Positions 30,336 through 39,577 of a stretch of DNA of 64,000 nucleotides are shown piece after piece (positions within the stretch are counted from its first letter, which is position 1; each line of letters begins with the position of its first letter). The notes under the pieces were generated by a model. The model saw only the letters and a list, made by a program, of their open reading frames with translations, did no database searches and was not told the DNA's origin. Origin of the DNA: Candidatus Saccharimonadota bacterium (lineage in GTDB: Bacteria > Patescibacteriota > Saccharimonadia > Saccharimonadales > AWTP1-31). The DNA lies in the NCBI GenBank assembly GCA_026395435.1, contig JAPLYT010000006.1, positions 31,587 to 95,586 on the forward strand, written 5' to 3'. Both the position numbers and the translations under genes were made by a program.

Positions 30336-30833
30336 ATGATCCAAAAAAGTAATTCACGTCGACAACAAGCTTCAGAAAATACCGTCTTACGACATGTATC
30401 ATTCATAGAAACAGTTTCAGACTATCAGCAGGATAAAACCGAAAAATTAGTCGATACGCTTATTGCGGTATCCGATTCGATTCGCTACGTACTTTCACCT
30501 CGCATGCGTTTAGAAGTCGCAAAAATAGATCTTATGGCTACGATTGACGCCTGTGCCGAGATGGGAGAAATGCCAACTGACGGAAATATACAGTTCTTTA
30601 CTGGCTATAACAACGATGGCAATTCATATACCGCGTGCAGTGTGGTGCACATGCCTCACTATGAAAATAATCCAAGTATGATATTTATGCTCAACAACGA
30701 TACGGGTGATTATATATTAGGAGTCAACAGTAAAGTACATGAAACTACCGACCTGCAACTTACCGCTATTCTCAGAGACATGAACCAGCTGGCAATTGAA
30801 GCACTGAGTGGTAGGCAAGACTCTAGCACTTGA
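30336..30833 (+). CDS. hypothetical protein (165 aa)
   Basis: ORF-track ORF with no motif. Its stop lies inside the hrcA CIRCE element. Confidence 0.45.
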   Translation: MIQKSNSRRQQASENTVLRHVSFIETVSDYQQDKTEKLVDTLIAVSDSIRYVLSPRMRLEVAKIDLMATIDACAEMGEMPTDGNIQFFTGYNNDGNSYTACSVVHMPHYENNPSMIFMLNNDTGDYILGVNSKVHETTDLQLTAILRDMNQLAIEALSGRQDSST

Positions 30834-30849
30834 ACACTGAGAGTGCTAA
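30823..30849 (+). promoter_or_regulatory. CIRCE operator upstream of hrcA
   Basis: CTAGCACTT-N9-GAGTGCTAA versus consensus TTAGCACTC-N9-GAGTGCTAA. It ends 10 nt before the hrcA ATG. Confidence 0.8.
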
Positions 30850-30858
30850 AATAGAATC

Positions 30859-31569
30859 ATGTTACGTGACCGGCAACAACGAATTCTCCAGGCAATTGTC
30901 GAACAATACGCCGAAGTAGCCAGCCCTGTGGGGTCTAGTTTGCTTGCCAAAGTATTCGGCGTGTCATCTGCCACCATTCGATCAGAGATGGCCGATCTTG
31001 AGCGGCTTGGATATATTGCCCAGCCCCACACCAGTGCTGGCCGTATTCCCACCGACAAAGGGTATCGCTTTTATGTTAATAATCTAGCTGATAACGAACC
31101 AGAAACAGCGGCAGAACGTCGTGCTGAAAAAGCCCTTGCAACCCGTGTTTCGACTGGCGGCGTGACTGATCATGTCATCAAAAACGCCGTAGATACATTG
31201 GTGGAATTGACGCACAATCTCGGACTCGCTACCATCGGTGATCAGCTCTACATGAGTGGCTTATCAAACCTATTTGGTCAGCCCGAATTTATCAACAACG
31301 AACAAGTCCGCGAAGTCGCCAGCCTACTCGATAATCTTGAGCCATGGCTCTACGAAGCTGCCCCCAATGAACCACTCAGCGTCTATATCGGTCAAGAAAA
31401 CCCCATCGGAAGAAGTGCAGGCTGTACCTTGATCGTCAGTAGATTCAGAAGTCCTCACAGCGACCGTAGTTATATCGGTGTGTTGGGGCCTACCCGTCAA
31501 AGTTATCGAGATGTAATGATGCTTGTCCGTAGGACCGGTGAAGCACTAGAGGAGGTGTTATATGTCTAA
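30859..31569 (+). CDS. hrcA: heat-inducible transcription repressor HrcA (short form, 236 aa)
   Basis: N-terminal winged helix RQQRILQAIVEQYAEVASPVGSSLLAK...SSATIRSEMADLERLGYIAQPHTSAGRIPTDKGYRFYV. Directly followed by grpE. Confidence 0.85.
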   Translation: MLRDRQQRILQAIVEQYAEVASPVGSSLLAKVFGVSSATIRSEMADLERLGYIAQPHTSAGRIPTDKGYRFYVNNLADNEPETAAERRAEKALATRVSTGGVTDHVIKNAVDTLVELTHNLGLATIGDQLYMSGLSNLFGQPEFINNEQVREVASLLDNLEPWLYEAAPNEPLSVYIGQENPIGRSAGCTLIVSRFRSPHSDRSYIGVLGPTRQSYRDVMMLVRRTGEALEEVLYV

Positions 31570-32035
31570 AGTCAAAAAACAAAATCATGATGAACTACAC
31601 GAGGAACTCGCTCGGGAAGTTGCGACGCTTACCGAAGCACTACAACGCGAACGAGCCGATGCCACCAACATCCGCCGCCGGCACGACGAGCAAATCGCCC
31701 AACTCCGGACGACCATAAAAGCGAGTGTCATCGAAGAGATGTTGCCCGCACTTGATAATTTTGAGCGGGCACTCAAACATGTCCCGGCTGATCTCGAAGG
31801 AAACGATTATATCAAGGGTGTGCAAGGTGTCGTAAAGCAATTTGAATCAACCCTCAAAGACCTTGGTGTCGAGCGCATTAAGACCATTGGCGAAACTTTT
31901 AACCCCAATATTCATGAAGCGGTTAGTGCTGATGGCGACGGGGATACCGAAACAGTTAGTGAAGAACTTCAAGCAGGCTATGTTGTGGGCGACAGAGTCA
32001 TTCGGCATGCTATGGTTCGTGTCGTTCGCGGTTAG
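31562..32035 (+). CDS. grpE: nucleotide exchange factor GrpE
   Basis: Coiled-coil N-terminus, then ...LPALDNFERAL... and FNPNIHEAV...GYVVGDRVIRHAMVRV. Overlaps the hrcA end by 8 nt. Confidence 0.9.
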   Translation: MSKVKKQNHDELHEELAREVATLTEALQRERADATNIRRRHDEQIAQLRTTIKASVIEEMLPALDNFERALKHVPADLEGNDYIKGVQGVVKQFESTLKDLGVERIKTIGETFNPNIHEAVSADGDGDTETVSEELQAGYVVGDRVIRHAMVRVVRG

Positions 32036-32150
32036 TCAATTTGCTTTGTAGCGTTGTGAAAATGATGTCTGAACGCTTTTGTTAATGGGCACGTGCTTTC
32101 CGTGCAGTATACTATTCACAAATCAATAAAACAGTATAGAATATAACCAT

Positions 32151-33095
32151 ATGCGTTTAGCAAAAAATAACATAGTTCATATTCTCGCCTTGTCTGGATT
32201 TGTGGCGCTGGCCATCATCGTACGATCTCCCCGAGCAGAAGCGGCAGCCTGTGCTGCGCCGACAACAGACTATGGGTCGGTTACATCAACGATTAATGTC
32301 ACATCTGCCGGGAACTACCGGGTGTGGAGCCGAATTCAACAACCATCTACAACCGCCAACTCCTATTCATTGGAAGTTGATGGCGCTACTGCCGGTGCAA
32401 TTTGTCATAACTCTATCGGCGGCAACGCCGGATTGGCAATCAATACCTGGAACTGGGTAGATTATAAAGCAGGGAACAGCGCTACTAAAGTGGATGTTAC
32501 TTTGTCTGCTGGTAGTCATACGATCAAAATGATAGGTGATAGCGATGGATTGCTACTCGACCGAGTAATTTTAACCTCAATCAACACCGACGGAACAACG
32601 TGCACACCAACATCTACCGGGGATAACTGCGTGACTGTTGCAAATGTGGCGCCAACGGTTTCGGTATCGGCTTCACCGACTTCTGGTACTGCGCCACTCA
32701 ACACGACGCTTACTGCAACTCCTGCTGACAGTGATGGCACCATTACAAGTGTCGAATTCTTCAGAGGGACAACATCTCTTGGAACAAAAACAGCAGCACC
32801 ATGGACGTGGCCTATTACAGGGCTTGCAGCCGGCTCCTACACCTATACAGCCAAAGCTACCGATAATGACGGCGCAGCCACATCATCTAGTAACGTCACC
32901 GTCACTGCAAATGCCCCACCGACCAACAAGCCAGGTGATGCCAATGGCGATGGTGTCATCAATATCTATGATGCCTCGATCCTGAGCCTCAACTGGAACC
33001 TGACGGGTAGAACTTTTGCTCAAGGCGACTTTGATGGCAATGGTACGGTAAATATATATGACGCATCAATCTTAAGCATAAACTGGGGTAAATAA
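32151..33095 (+). CDS. secreted CBM-like beta-sandwich + Ig-like + C-terminal dockerin protein ('cargo')
   Basis: Signal peptide ...SPRAEAAA. The CBM-like module reads AGNYRVWSRI...SYSLEVDG...NTWNWVDY...LSAGSHTIKMIGDSDGLLLDRVILT. The Ig-like module reads ...DSDGTITSVEFF...YTYTAKATDNDGA. The dockerin reads GDANGDGVINIYDASILSLNW...GDFDGNGTVNIYDASILSINWGK. Confidence 0.75.
   Translation: MRLAKNNIVHILALSGFVALAIIVRSPRAEAAACAAPTTDYGSVTSTINVTSAGNYRVWSRIQQPSTTANSYSLEVDGATAGAICHNSIGGNAGLAINTWNWVDYKAGNSATKVDVTLSAGSHTIKMIGDSDGLLLDRVILTSINTDGTTCTPTSTGDNCVTVANVAPTVSVSASPTSGTAPLNTTLTATPADSDGTITSVEFFRGTTSLGTKTAAPWTWPITGLAAGSYTYTAKATDNDGAATSSSNVTVTANAPPTNKPGDANGDGVINIYDASILSLNWNLTGRTFAQGDFDGNGTVNIYDASILSINWGK
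32934..33095 (+). repeat. dockerin-coding repeat, copy 1
   Basis: 162 nt, near-identical to 34247..34408. The central ~75 nt (atctatgatgcctcgatcctgagcctcaactggaacctgacgggtagaacttttgctcaaggcgactttga) are identical; the flanks differ mostly at third codon positions. Confidence 0.9.
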
Positions 33096-34408
33096 TGAAG
33101 AAAACGTTAAAATCAGTTCAGAACAAAAAGGCAAAAGCATTTATTTTCGTCGTCGGGTTTGCAATTATAGGTGCAATTATACTCATTTTTGCGAGTGCAG
33201 CCTCTGGTACGGCTACTCTCAGTCTCAGCCCCGCCAGCGGTAGTTACGACATATCAACTAATTTCACTGTCGGTGTTTTTGAAAATAGCGGGACGGACCA
33301 AGCCGCCGGTGTTGATGCAAAAATTACCTACGATGCCACAAAACTAGATGTAGTCTCGGTTGATACAACCGGTGCTGCTTTCACTGACTGTCCTGTTGCT
33401 CCCGCTGGAGCTAACGGAATCGTCACGATCAGTTGTATCAAATTCGGATCAACGTTTACGGGCAGTCAAAAAATTGGAAACATCACCTTTAAAACAAAAG
33501 TTGGTACTGGTACCACTTCGCTCGCATTTGGTTCGAATTCAGTCATTGTAAAGAACGATGGTTCAACGAATATCTGGAATGGGATAGTTACAGGTGGAAC
33601 GTATTCGCTTACAACTCCTGATACAACGCCACCGACGGTCAATATTACCGCACCTACTGCAAATGCTGTCGTCGAAGGCAGTGCCGTCGCGCTAAATGCG
33701 ACTGCAACTGATGATAGTGGGAATGTTAGCAAGGTTGAATTTTATGTCAATGGGGTCCTTAAGAGCACCGACACGGCAAGCCCCTACAGTTATTCTTGGG
33801 ATTCAAAAACCGTATCTGATGGGACGTACCCCGTCGTCGTGAAGGCATATGATAATGCACCTACCCCTAATGTCGGTTCAGCCACGGTCAATATTCAAGT
33901 AAAGAATAACAAGCCAAATCTTGTGGTATCCTCAATTTCACTTTCGCCAACCAACCCCAAGCCTGGCGATATCGTAACGTTTAGTGCAGTCATTACCAAT
34001 AATGGAACTGCCAATACCGTTGACGGAACATCATACGCAACAGGATTTACTGTCGACACTACAGAAATATCCGCTCCGGCCGATACGGTCGCAATAGCGG
34101 TAGGCGCAAGTAGGACAATTACCACTACCTGGACGGCGACATTAGGTGCTCACTCGGTGATTGTAAATGTAGATAAAAACAATACAATTGGCGAATTAAA
34201 CGAAACTGATAATTCCAAGACTCAAGCCTTTGACGTCAAGAAACCGGGTGATGCCAACGCTGATGGAGTTATCAACATCTATGATGCCTCGATCCTGAGC
34301 CTCAACTGGAACCTGACGGGTAGAACTTTTGCTCAAGGCGACTTTGACGGTAACGGTACGGTGAACATCTACGACGCAGCAATATTAAGCATTAATTGGG
34401 GTAAATAA
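33095..34408 (+). CDS. cohesin + Ig-like + CARDB-like + dockerin protein ('adaptor')
   Basis: The ATG overlaps the previous stop (TAATGA). Signal/anchor, then a cohesin-like module at ~33206..33604 (TLSLSPASGSYDISTNFTVGVFENSGTDQAAGVDAKITYDATKLDVVSVD...KIGNITFKTKVGTGTTSLAFG). An Ig-like module follows (DDSGNVSKVEFYVNG). The CARDB-like module reads KPNLVVSSISLSPTNPKPGDIVTFSAVITNNG. Ends in a C-terminal dockerin. Confidence 0.75.
   Translation: MKKTLKSVQNKKAKAFIFVVGFAIIGAIILIFASAASGTATLSLSPASGSYDISTNFTVGVFENSGTDQAAGVDAKITYDATKLDVVSVDTTGAAFTDCPVAPAGANGIVTISCIKFGSTFTGSQKIGNITFKTKVGTGTTSLAFGSNSVIVKNDGSTNIWNGIVTGGTYSLTTPDTTPPTVNITAPTANAVVEGSAVALNATATDDSGNVSKVEFYVNGVLKSTDTASPYSYSWDSKTVSDGTYPVVVKAYDNAPTPNVGSATVNIQVKNNKPNLVVSSISLSPTNPKPGDIVTFSAVITNNGTANTVDGTSYATGFTVDTTEISAPADTVAIAVGASRTITTTWTATLGAHSVIVNVDKNNTIGELNETDNSKTQAFDVKKPGDANADGVINIYDASILSLNWNLTGRTFAQGDFDGNGTVNIYDAAILSINWGK
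34247..34408 (+). repeat. dockerin-coding repeat, copy 2
   Basis: See 32934..33095. Confidence 0.9.
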
Positions 34409-35982
34409 TGATAATTTCACGGAACAAACACAGTAAAGGAACTACTATAGTACGAGCTATGATGGCAGTATTCATGGTCATTGGAGTGATTTCCGCTCTT
34501 CCTTTTGGTACTGCAAGCGCTGCAGGATCAGCCTCCTTGAGCCTCACCCCGGCAAGTGGAAGCTACCCCATATCAACTAATTTCACTGTCGGCGTATTCG
34601 AAAATAGTGGCACAGATACAGCTGTCGGTGTTGATGCAAAAATAACCTACGATGCCACAAAACTTGATTTTGTATCAGTTGATACAACTGGTGGAGTATT
34701 TACCGACTGCCCTTCTGCTCCTGTTGGAGGAGGCGGAAATGTCACAATTACTTGCGTTAAATTCGGATTTTCGTTTACGGGCAGCCAAAAAATAGGAAAT
34801 GTCACATTTAAGACTAAGGCTGGCACTGGCACCACTTCACTCGGTTTTGGATCTAGTTCTGCAATTGTTAAGAATGACGGATCTACGAACCTATGGAACG
34901 GCTCAACTGCTGGGGGCACCTACACGCTAACAACCCCTACACCTCCACCATCAGGTGGCGGTGGCGGTACTACAACACCTCCACCATCAGGTGGCGGTGG
35001 CGGTACTACGAAACCTCCAGCTGGCGGAAGTACTTCACCTAACACAACTGCACCAGCAAATACGGCGCCAAATACCAACCCAGGTACAACCAAACCAAAC
35101 AACTCGTCATCGACAAATACCGTCACAACATCGCCTGCAAATGAACTTGTTCCAGTTGCACCTCCTAACGCTACGGGTAAATCAGTGTCGGTCTTTGTAT
35201 CGGATGCGAACAGCAGAGCAGTTGCTGGCGCAAAAGTATCGCTTGGTAGCAAGACATATCTCACTGATGCCAACGGCATTGCCAGTTTTGGGGATGTCAA
35301 GCCTGGTACCTATACGGTAAAAATTGTCGCTGCTACTGGATCTGCTTCGAAATCATTCACCGTTACTCCCGTATCTCAAGATGGCACCGCTCAAAAGGTT
35401 GAAGTGGTCGTGAAGAAATCGAGCAATTTAGTAATGCTTGGCGCTCTCGGCCTCGGTGCAATTTTTGTCTTGACTGGTGCATATATGATCTTCAGAAAAT
35501 GGCAGATGAACCGAATGATGAGTCTACCATCTGGCGCTGAGTCTGCAGTTGTGGTCAACAAACCTCCAGAAGCAATTCCCTTTGAACCGATACCTGTCAG
35601 TCCTCCGGTCGAATCCGCCAAAACTGATGAACCTACTCCAGCGGAAGCCCCAAAAGCCGACCCAAAGCCAGAACCTACTCCATTGGTCGAAGAAAAAGAG
35701 CCTGAAATTGATGAAGGCGCTGCGGCTGAATTACTTAAAAAAGCGCATGTAACCGAATCAGCGGAAGCCCCAAAAGAAGAGGCTCCCGCCAAAACTGATG
35801 AACCTACTCCAGCGGAAGCCCCAAAAGCCAAACCCGCTGAAACGTCAGCGGAAGCCCCAAAGACACCAAAACCAAAGCCGGTCGTATCTGCCGAAACATC
35901 ACCTATCGATGCGCCTAAGCCGGCCGGAAAAGTTGATACTGTCATGGTCACACCTGCGGAGCCAAAACCAAAGCCAGAGTAG
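34408..35982 (+). CDS. cohesin + Pro/Gly/Thr linker + Ig-like + single TM + Pro/Glu/Lys/Ala-rich tail ('membrane anchor scaffold')
   Basis: The ATG overlaps the previous stop. The cohesin-like module at ~34525..34923 is a paralog of the adaptor cohesin. A CarboxypepD_reg-like strand pattern follows (KVSLGSKTYLTDANGIASFGDVKPGTYTVKIVA). The TM helix LVMLGALGLGAIFVLTGAYMIF is followed by RKWQMNR. The tail carries KTDEPTPAEAPKA repeats. Confidence 0.75.
   Translation: MIISRNKHSKGTTIVRAMMAVFMVIGVISALPFGTASAAGSASLSLTPASGSYPISTNFTVGVFENSGTDTAVGVDAKITYDATKLDFVSVDTTGGVFTDCPSAPVGGGGNVTITCVKFGFSFTGSQKIGNVTFKTKAGTGTTSLGFGSSSAIVKNDGSTNLWNGSTAGGTYTLTTPTPPPSGGGGGTTTPPPSGGGGGTTKPPAGGSTSPNTTAPANTAPNTNPGTTKPNNSSSTNTVTTSPANELVPVAPPNATGKSVSVFVSDANSRAVAGAKVSLGSKTYLTDANGIASFGDVKPGTYTVKIVAATGSASKSFTVTPVSQDGTAQKVEVVVKKSSNLVMLGALGLGAIFVLTGAYMIFRKWQMNRMMSLPSGAESAVVVNKPPEAIPFEPIPVSPPVESAKTDEPTPAEAPKADPKPEPTPLVEEKEPEIDEGAAAELLKKAHVTESAEAPKEEAPAKTDEPTPAEAPKAKPAETSAEAPKTPKPKPVVSAETSPIDAPKPAGKVDTVMVTPAEPKPKPE
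34939..35009 (+). repeat. 36-bp-period tandem repeat (2 copies) in the linker
   Basis: acacctccaccatcaggtggcggtggcggtactac occurs at 34939..34973 and 34975..35009, encoding TPPPSGGGGGTT twice. Confidence 0.85.
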
Positions 35983-36020
35983 AAGAAAATCATTATTGTA
36001 TCTGATCTTCATGATGAAAC

Positions 36021-37301
36021 ATGAAATGTTATAAACAGAGAGTTTTTACAATGAAACGATCAGAAAAGCATATAAAATCTAGCAAGAAATCATTTATCAC
36101 CAAAAGGAATAGCATTCTTTTGGCGAGCTTTTGCTTAGTTGGGATTATGGCATTGGTGATTTCTCATGCGTCGGTTCCTTCTATCGCTATTGAGCCTGAA
36201 AATGAACTGGTTAGTCTGCCTGCGCTAAAACAAAGTAGTCAACCGGGGGCTAGTAATAGTAGCTATATCAAGTTCACAAAGTCTTCCGCTGCGTGGTGGA
36301 AGCCGGCTCGCAACGCACGCTGGAATTGGATATTGGAAGGTGGAGTGACTACTACTAACAGCGTCGAGACGGCTCGCTATGATATGTATGATGTCGATAT
36401 GCAGAGCATGATACCTGCTGCTACACAGCAAACTATTACCTGGCCTGCCTCGACGTTAGTACCTGGCGGTCATGCAACCACCATCACGTGGCCAAAAGGC
36501 AGTAATGCCGGGTTGATTAGTACGCTGCATAACCAAGGAAAGAAGGTTATTTGTTATATCGACTCCGGTGCCTTTGAGGATTATCGACCTGACGCATCGG
36601 CTTTTCCAGGTACATGGGGGTCTGGCAACAATCGAAGTACGAGCGATAACAGTAGTGCCGCACAACTGTTTGGAAGTTCCGTCCCCTATGTTGGTCCGTC
36701 TCAGTTGGCCGCTCAGGATCCTATCGGTGGTGGATCGGATGGAACGGTCGGCGGGTCGTTTAGCGGTGAATACTGGCTTGATCAACGGATTAGTTCCTGG
36801 AAGGATGTTTGGGGGCCAATCATTTGGGCTCGTATGGATTTAGCCAAAAAAATTGGATGTGACGGCATGGAAGGTGATCAAAACAATGCCTATGGTAACG
36901 ATACGACCTATGGTGTCACCCAAAACGACAGCTTGCGTTTGTATCGTGAGTTTTATTATCAATTACACATTCGTGGGCTGACCGCTATTAGTAAGAACGG
37001 CATCGAATTGACCGCCGGACAAGTATCCGACCCAACAGATATAAGTTATTGTACCCCCGGTCTTTGTCAAGCAGACGGTATCCTTAACGAAGAATGTTCT
37101 TATTTTAGTGAATGCGCTTCACTACAACCGGCTGCAGATAAGCAGCTCTGGATTGGCCAAGCAGAATATAAGGATGAAGGAGCCGCAGTTTCGGTGGCCA
37201 ATGTCTGCCCTTCGGCCAATAGTCAGGGCCGTATGGCGATGATCAAGCCAAACGTGCAGCCAGTACTAGAAGCGAACTTTGCTCTTTGCTGGGAGCAGTA
37301 A
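36021..37301 (+). CDS. GH114-like glycoside hydrolase (endo-alpha-1,4-polygalactosaminidase family), secreted, no dockerin
   Basis: RWNWILEGG, YDMYDVDM, KKVICYIDSGAFEDYRPDASAFP, GEYWLDQR, GCDGMEGDQNNAY and LTAISKNG follow the GH114 TIM-barrel motif order. N-terminal signal anchor. Alternative start at 36051. Confidence 0.7.
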   Translation: MKCYKQRVFTMKRSEKHIKSSKKSFITKRNSILLASFCLVGIMALVISHASVPSIAIEPENELVSLPALKQSSQPGASNSSYIKFTKSSAAWWKPARNARWNWILEGGVTTTNSVETARYDMYDVDMQSMIPAATQQTITWPASTLVPGGHATTITWPKGSNAGLISTLHNQGKKVICYIDSGAFEDYRPDASAFPGTWGSGNNRSTSDNSSAAQLFGSSVPYVGPSQLAAQDPIGGGSDGTVGGSFSGEYWLDQRISSWKDVWGPIIWARMDLAKKIGCDGMEGDQNNAYGNDTTYGVTQNDSLRLYREFYYQLHIRGLTAISKNGIELTAGQVSDPTDISYCTPGLCQADGILNEECSYFSECASLQPAADKQLWIGQAEYKDEGAAVSVANVCPSANSQGRMAMIKPNVQPVLEANFALCWEQ

Positions 37302-37313
37302 AATTCTGAAAAA

Positions 37314-37338
37314 TTGGCACTCTAAGTTGTAGTGCCAA
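37314..37338 (+). promoter_or_regulatory. CIRCE-related palindrome with N7 spacer (TTGGCACTC-N7-TAGTGCCAA)
   Basis: Read directly, starting 13 nt after the GH114 stop. It lies in the first copy of the 20-bp direct repeat attctgaaaaattggcactc (37303..37322 and 37484..37503). The non-canonical spacing makes HrcA binding doubtful. Confidence 0.35.
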
Positions 37339-37494
37339 GAGTATCAATAATTTCCATGTATTGCACATATCTTTGGACCCACTCTTGATTTTATTCTGCG
37401 ATCCACTATTACGTACCGCAGGGGTACGAAATAGTAACGTTCTCGAATAGAAATCCAGACTAAGTCTCAAATATATGCACAATATTCTGAAAAA

Positions 37495-37521
37495 TTGGCA
37501 CTCACAGCACTAGACTGCCAA
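37495..37521 (+). promoter_or_regulatory. CIRCE-like operator (TTGGCACTC-N9-GACTGCCAA)
   Basis: N9 spacing. The half-sites are 8/9 complementary and differ from consensus at A3G. Confidence 0.5.
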
Positions 37522-37543
37522 TTCTATTTTTGTTACAATTGTT

Positions 37544-37570
37544 CTAGCACTCTAATTGGGCAACTGCTAA
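37544..37570 (+). promoter_or_regulatory. CIRCE operator upstream of dnaK (CTAGCACTC-N9-AACTGCTAA)
   Basis: 36 nt upstream of the dnaK ATG. Same half-sites as the dnaJ copy. Confidence 0.7.
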
Positions 37571-37605
37571 TTACGCGGTGCATTAATCACTAAGGAGATC
37601 ACTTT

Positions 37606-39528
37606 ATGGGTAAAATTATAGGCATTGACCTCGGAACAACTAACTCGGCCATGGCCGTCATGCAATCTGGCAAGCCAGAAATCATTGCAAACTCAGAAGG
37701 TGCACGTACAACACCATCTGTTGTTGCGCTCAACAAAAACGATGAACGACTTGTCGGTCAGGTCGCTCGTAGGCAAATGGTGACTAATCCATCGAACACT
37801 ATTTATGAAGTAAAACGACTTATCGGTCGTAGTTTTGAAGACAAAGAAGTCCAGCGCGATCTCAAACTAATGGGCTATGAAATCGTCAAGAGTGGCAAAG
37901 CCGTCAAAGTGAAGATGGGCGACAAAGAATATAGTCCTGAAGAAGTCAGTGCGATGATCTTGGGTAAGCTCAAGGCAGATGCCGAAGCATTTACTGGTGG
38001 GGCAGTCACCGAAGCAGTCATCACTGTACCGGCTTATTTCGACGACTCTCAGCGTCAGGCCACCAAAGATGCTGGTAAAATTGCCGGCCTTGAGGTTAAG
38101 CGTATTATCAACGAGCCGACTGCTGCTGCACTTGCCTACGGTCTTGATAAAGGAAGCAAAAAAGACGAGAAGATCGCCGTATTCGACCTTGGTGGTGGAA
38201 CATTCGACGTATCCATCTTAGAGCTAGGTGATGGCGTTTTCGAAGTAAAGAGTACCAACGGTGATACGCACCTTGGTGGTGCCGACTTCGACCGCGTCAT
38301 CGTCAACTATCTCGTTGATGCATTCAAAAAAGACAGTGGTGTCAGCGTCATCGACGACAAAGCAGCCATGCAACGGCTCCGTGATGAAGCCGAGAAGGCC
38401 AAGATTGAACTGTCTACAACTAACGAGGTAGATATCAACCTGCCATTCCTTACTGCCGATGCCGATGGTCCTAAGCACTTCGAGCACAAACTATCTCGTG
38501 CCAAGCTCGAAAGTCTCGTCGGTGAACTCATCGACAAAACTGCTGTCCCATGCGAAAAAGCCCTCAAAGACGCCAAGCTCAAAGCCAGCGATATTGATGC
38601 GGTTGTGTTGGTTGGTGGTATGACTCGTATGCCTGCTGTCATCGAAAAAGTGAAGAAGATTTTTGGCAAAGATCCAATGCAGGGTGTTAACCCCGACGAA
38701 GTCGTTGCCATTGGTGCCGCTATCCAAGGTGGTGTTTTGCAAGGTGACGTCAAAGACGTATTACTCCTCGATGTCACTCCGCTTTCTCTCGGTATCGAAA
38801 CCCTCGGTGGTGTCGCAACCAAACTTATTGAGCGGAACACAACTATCCCTTCAAGCAAGAGCGAAGTATTTAGTACTGCTGCCGATAACCAGAATCAAGT
38901 TGAAATTCATGTGGTGCAAGGAGAACGTGAATTCGTCGCCGACAACAAATCTCTCGGTCGATTCGTGCTCGATGGTATCCCACCAGCGCCACGTGGCGTC
39001 CCTCAGGTAGAAGTTACCTTCAACCTTGATGCTAACGGTATCTTGAACGTTTCTGCCAAGGATAAGGGCTCAGGTAAGGAACAGAGCATTACCATCCAGG
39101 GTAGTAGCGGTCTGAGCAAAGAAGAAGTTGAGAAAATGGCCAAAGAAGCCGAAGCTCACGCCGAAGAAGATAAGAAAAAGCGTGAAGGTATCGAATCCAA
39201 GAACCAGCTCGATAGCGCCATCTATCAGGCTGAGAAAATGAAGACTGACAACAAAGAGAAAATCTCTGAGGACGACGTTAAAGTCATCGACGAAGCTGTC
39301 GAGACGGCTAAGAAAGTTTTGGCTGACGAAAAAGCCGATGGTGAAACCTACGAGGCTGCAGCCAAAGCCCTCACCGAGGCGATCATGCCAATCGGCGCCA
39401 AGATGTACGAAGAAGCTGCCAAAGCTGAATCTGCCGAAGGCGACGAAGACACAAAAGACGCCAAAGACGAAGCCGTCGAAGGTGAAGTAGTCGAAGACGA
39501 CACAAAAGATAAGAAAGACAAAAAATAA
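37606..39528 (+). CDS. dnaK: molecular chaperone DnaK (Hsp70)
   Basis: [27 protein letters not shown] and the EEVD-less acidic tail. 640 aa. Confidence 0.97.
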   Translation: MGKIIGIDLGTTNSAMAVMQSGKPEIIANSEGARTTPSVVALNKNDERLVGQVARRQMVTNPSNTIYEVKRLIGRSFEDKEVQRDLKLMGYEIVKSGKAVKVKMGDKEYSPEEVSAMILGKLKADAEAFTGGAVTEAVITVPAYFDDSQRQATKDAGKIAGLEVKRIINEPTAAALAYGLDKGSKKDEKIAVFDLGGGTFDVSILELGDGVFEVKSTNGDTHLGGADFDRVIVNYLVDAFKKDSGVSVIDDKAAMQRLRDEAEKAKIELSTTNEVDINLPFLTADADGPKHFEHKLSRAKLESLVGELIDKTAVPCEKALKDAKLKASDIDAVVLVGGMTRMPAVIEKVKKIFGKDPMQGVNPDEVVAIGAAIQGGVLQGDVKDVLLLDVTPLSLGIETLGGVATKLIERNTTIPSSKSEVFSTAADNQNQVEIHVVQGEREFVADNKSLGRFVLDGIPPAPRGVPQVEVTFNLDANGILNVSAKDKGSGKEQSITIQGSSGLSKEEVEKMAKEAEAHAEEDKKKREGIESKNQLDSAIYQAEKMKTDNKEKISEDDVKVIDEAVETAKKVLADEKADGETYEAAAKALTEAIMPIGAKMYEEAAKAESAEGDEDTKDAKDEAVEGEVVEDDTKDKKDKK

Positions 39529-39577
39529 TCAGCAACTGAACTGACGGCTGCACTAGATCGTCTTGCCCGATAGGGGC

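Noticed and set aside
35391-35993. 200-aa antisense ORF over the Pro/Glu/Lys/Ala tail of the anchor scaffold, and ORF 9562..10101(-)
   Set aside because: Both are low-complexity mirror translations of repetitive coding sequence on the supported strand.
37314-37521. TGGCAC motifs read as possible sigma-54 (-24/-12) promoters
   Set aside because: The downstream element does not match TTGC at the required 4-5 nt spacing (TGGCAC-TCTAA-GTTGT and TGGCAC-TCACA-GCACT). The motifs are better explained as CIRCE-like half-sites.
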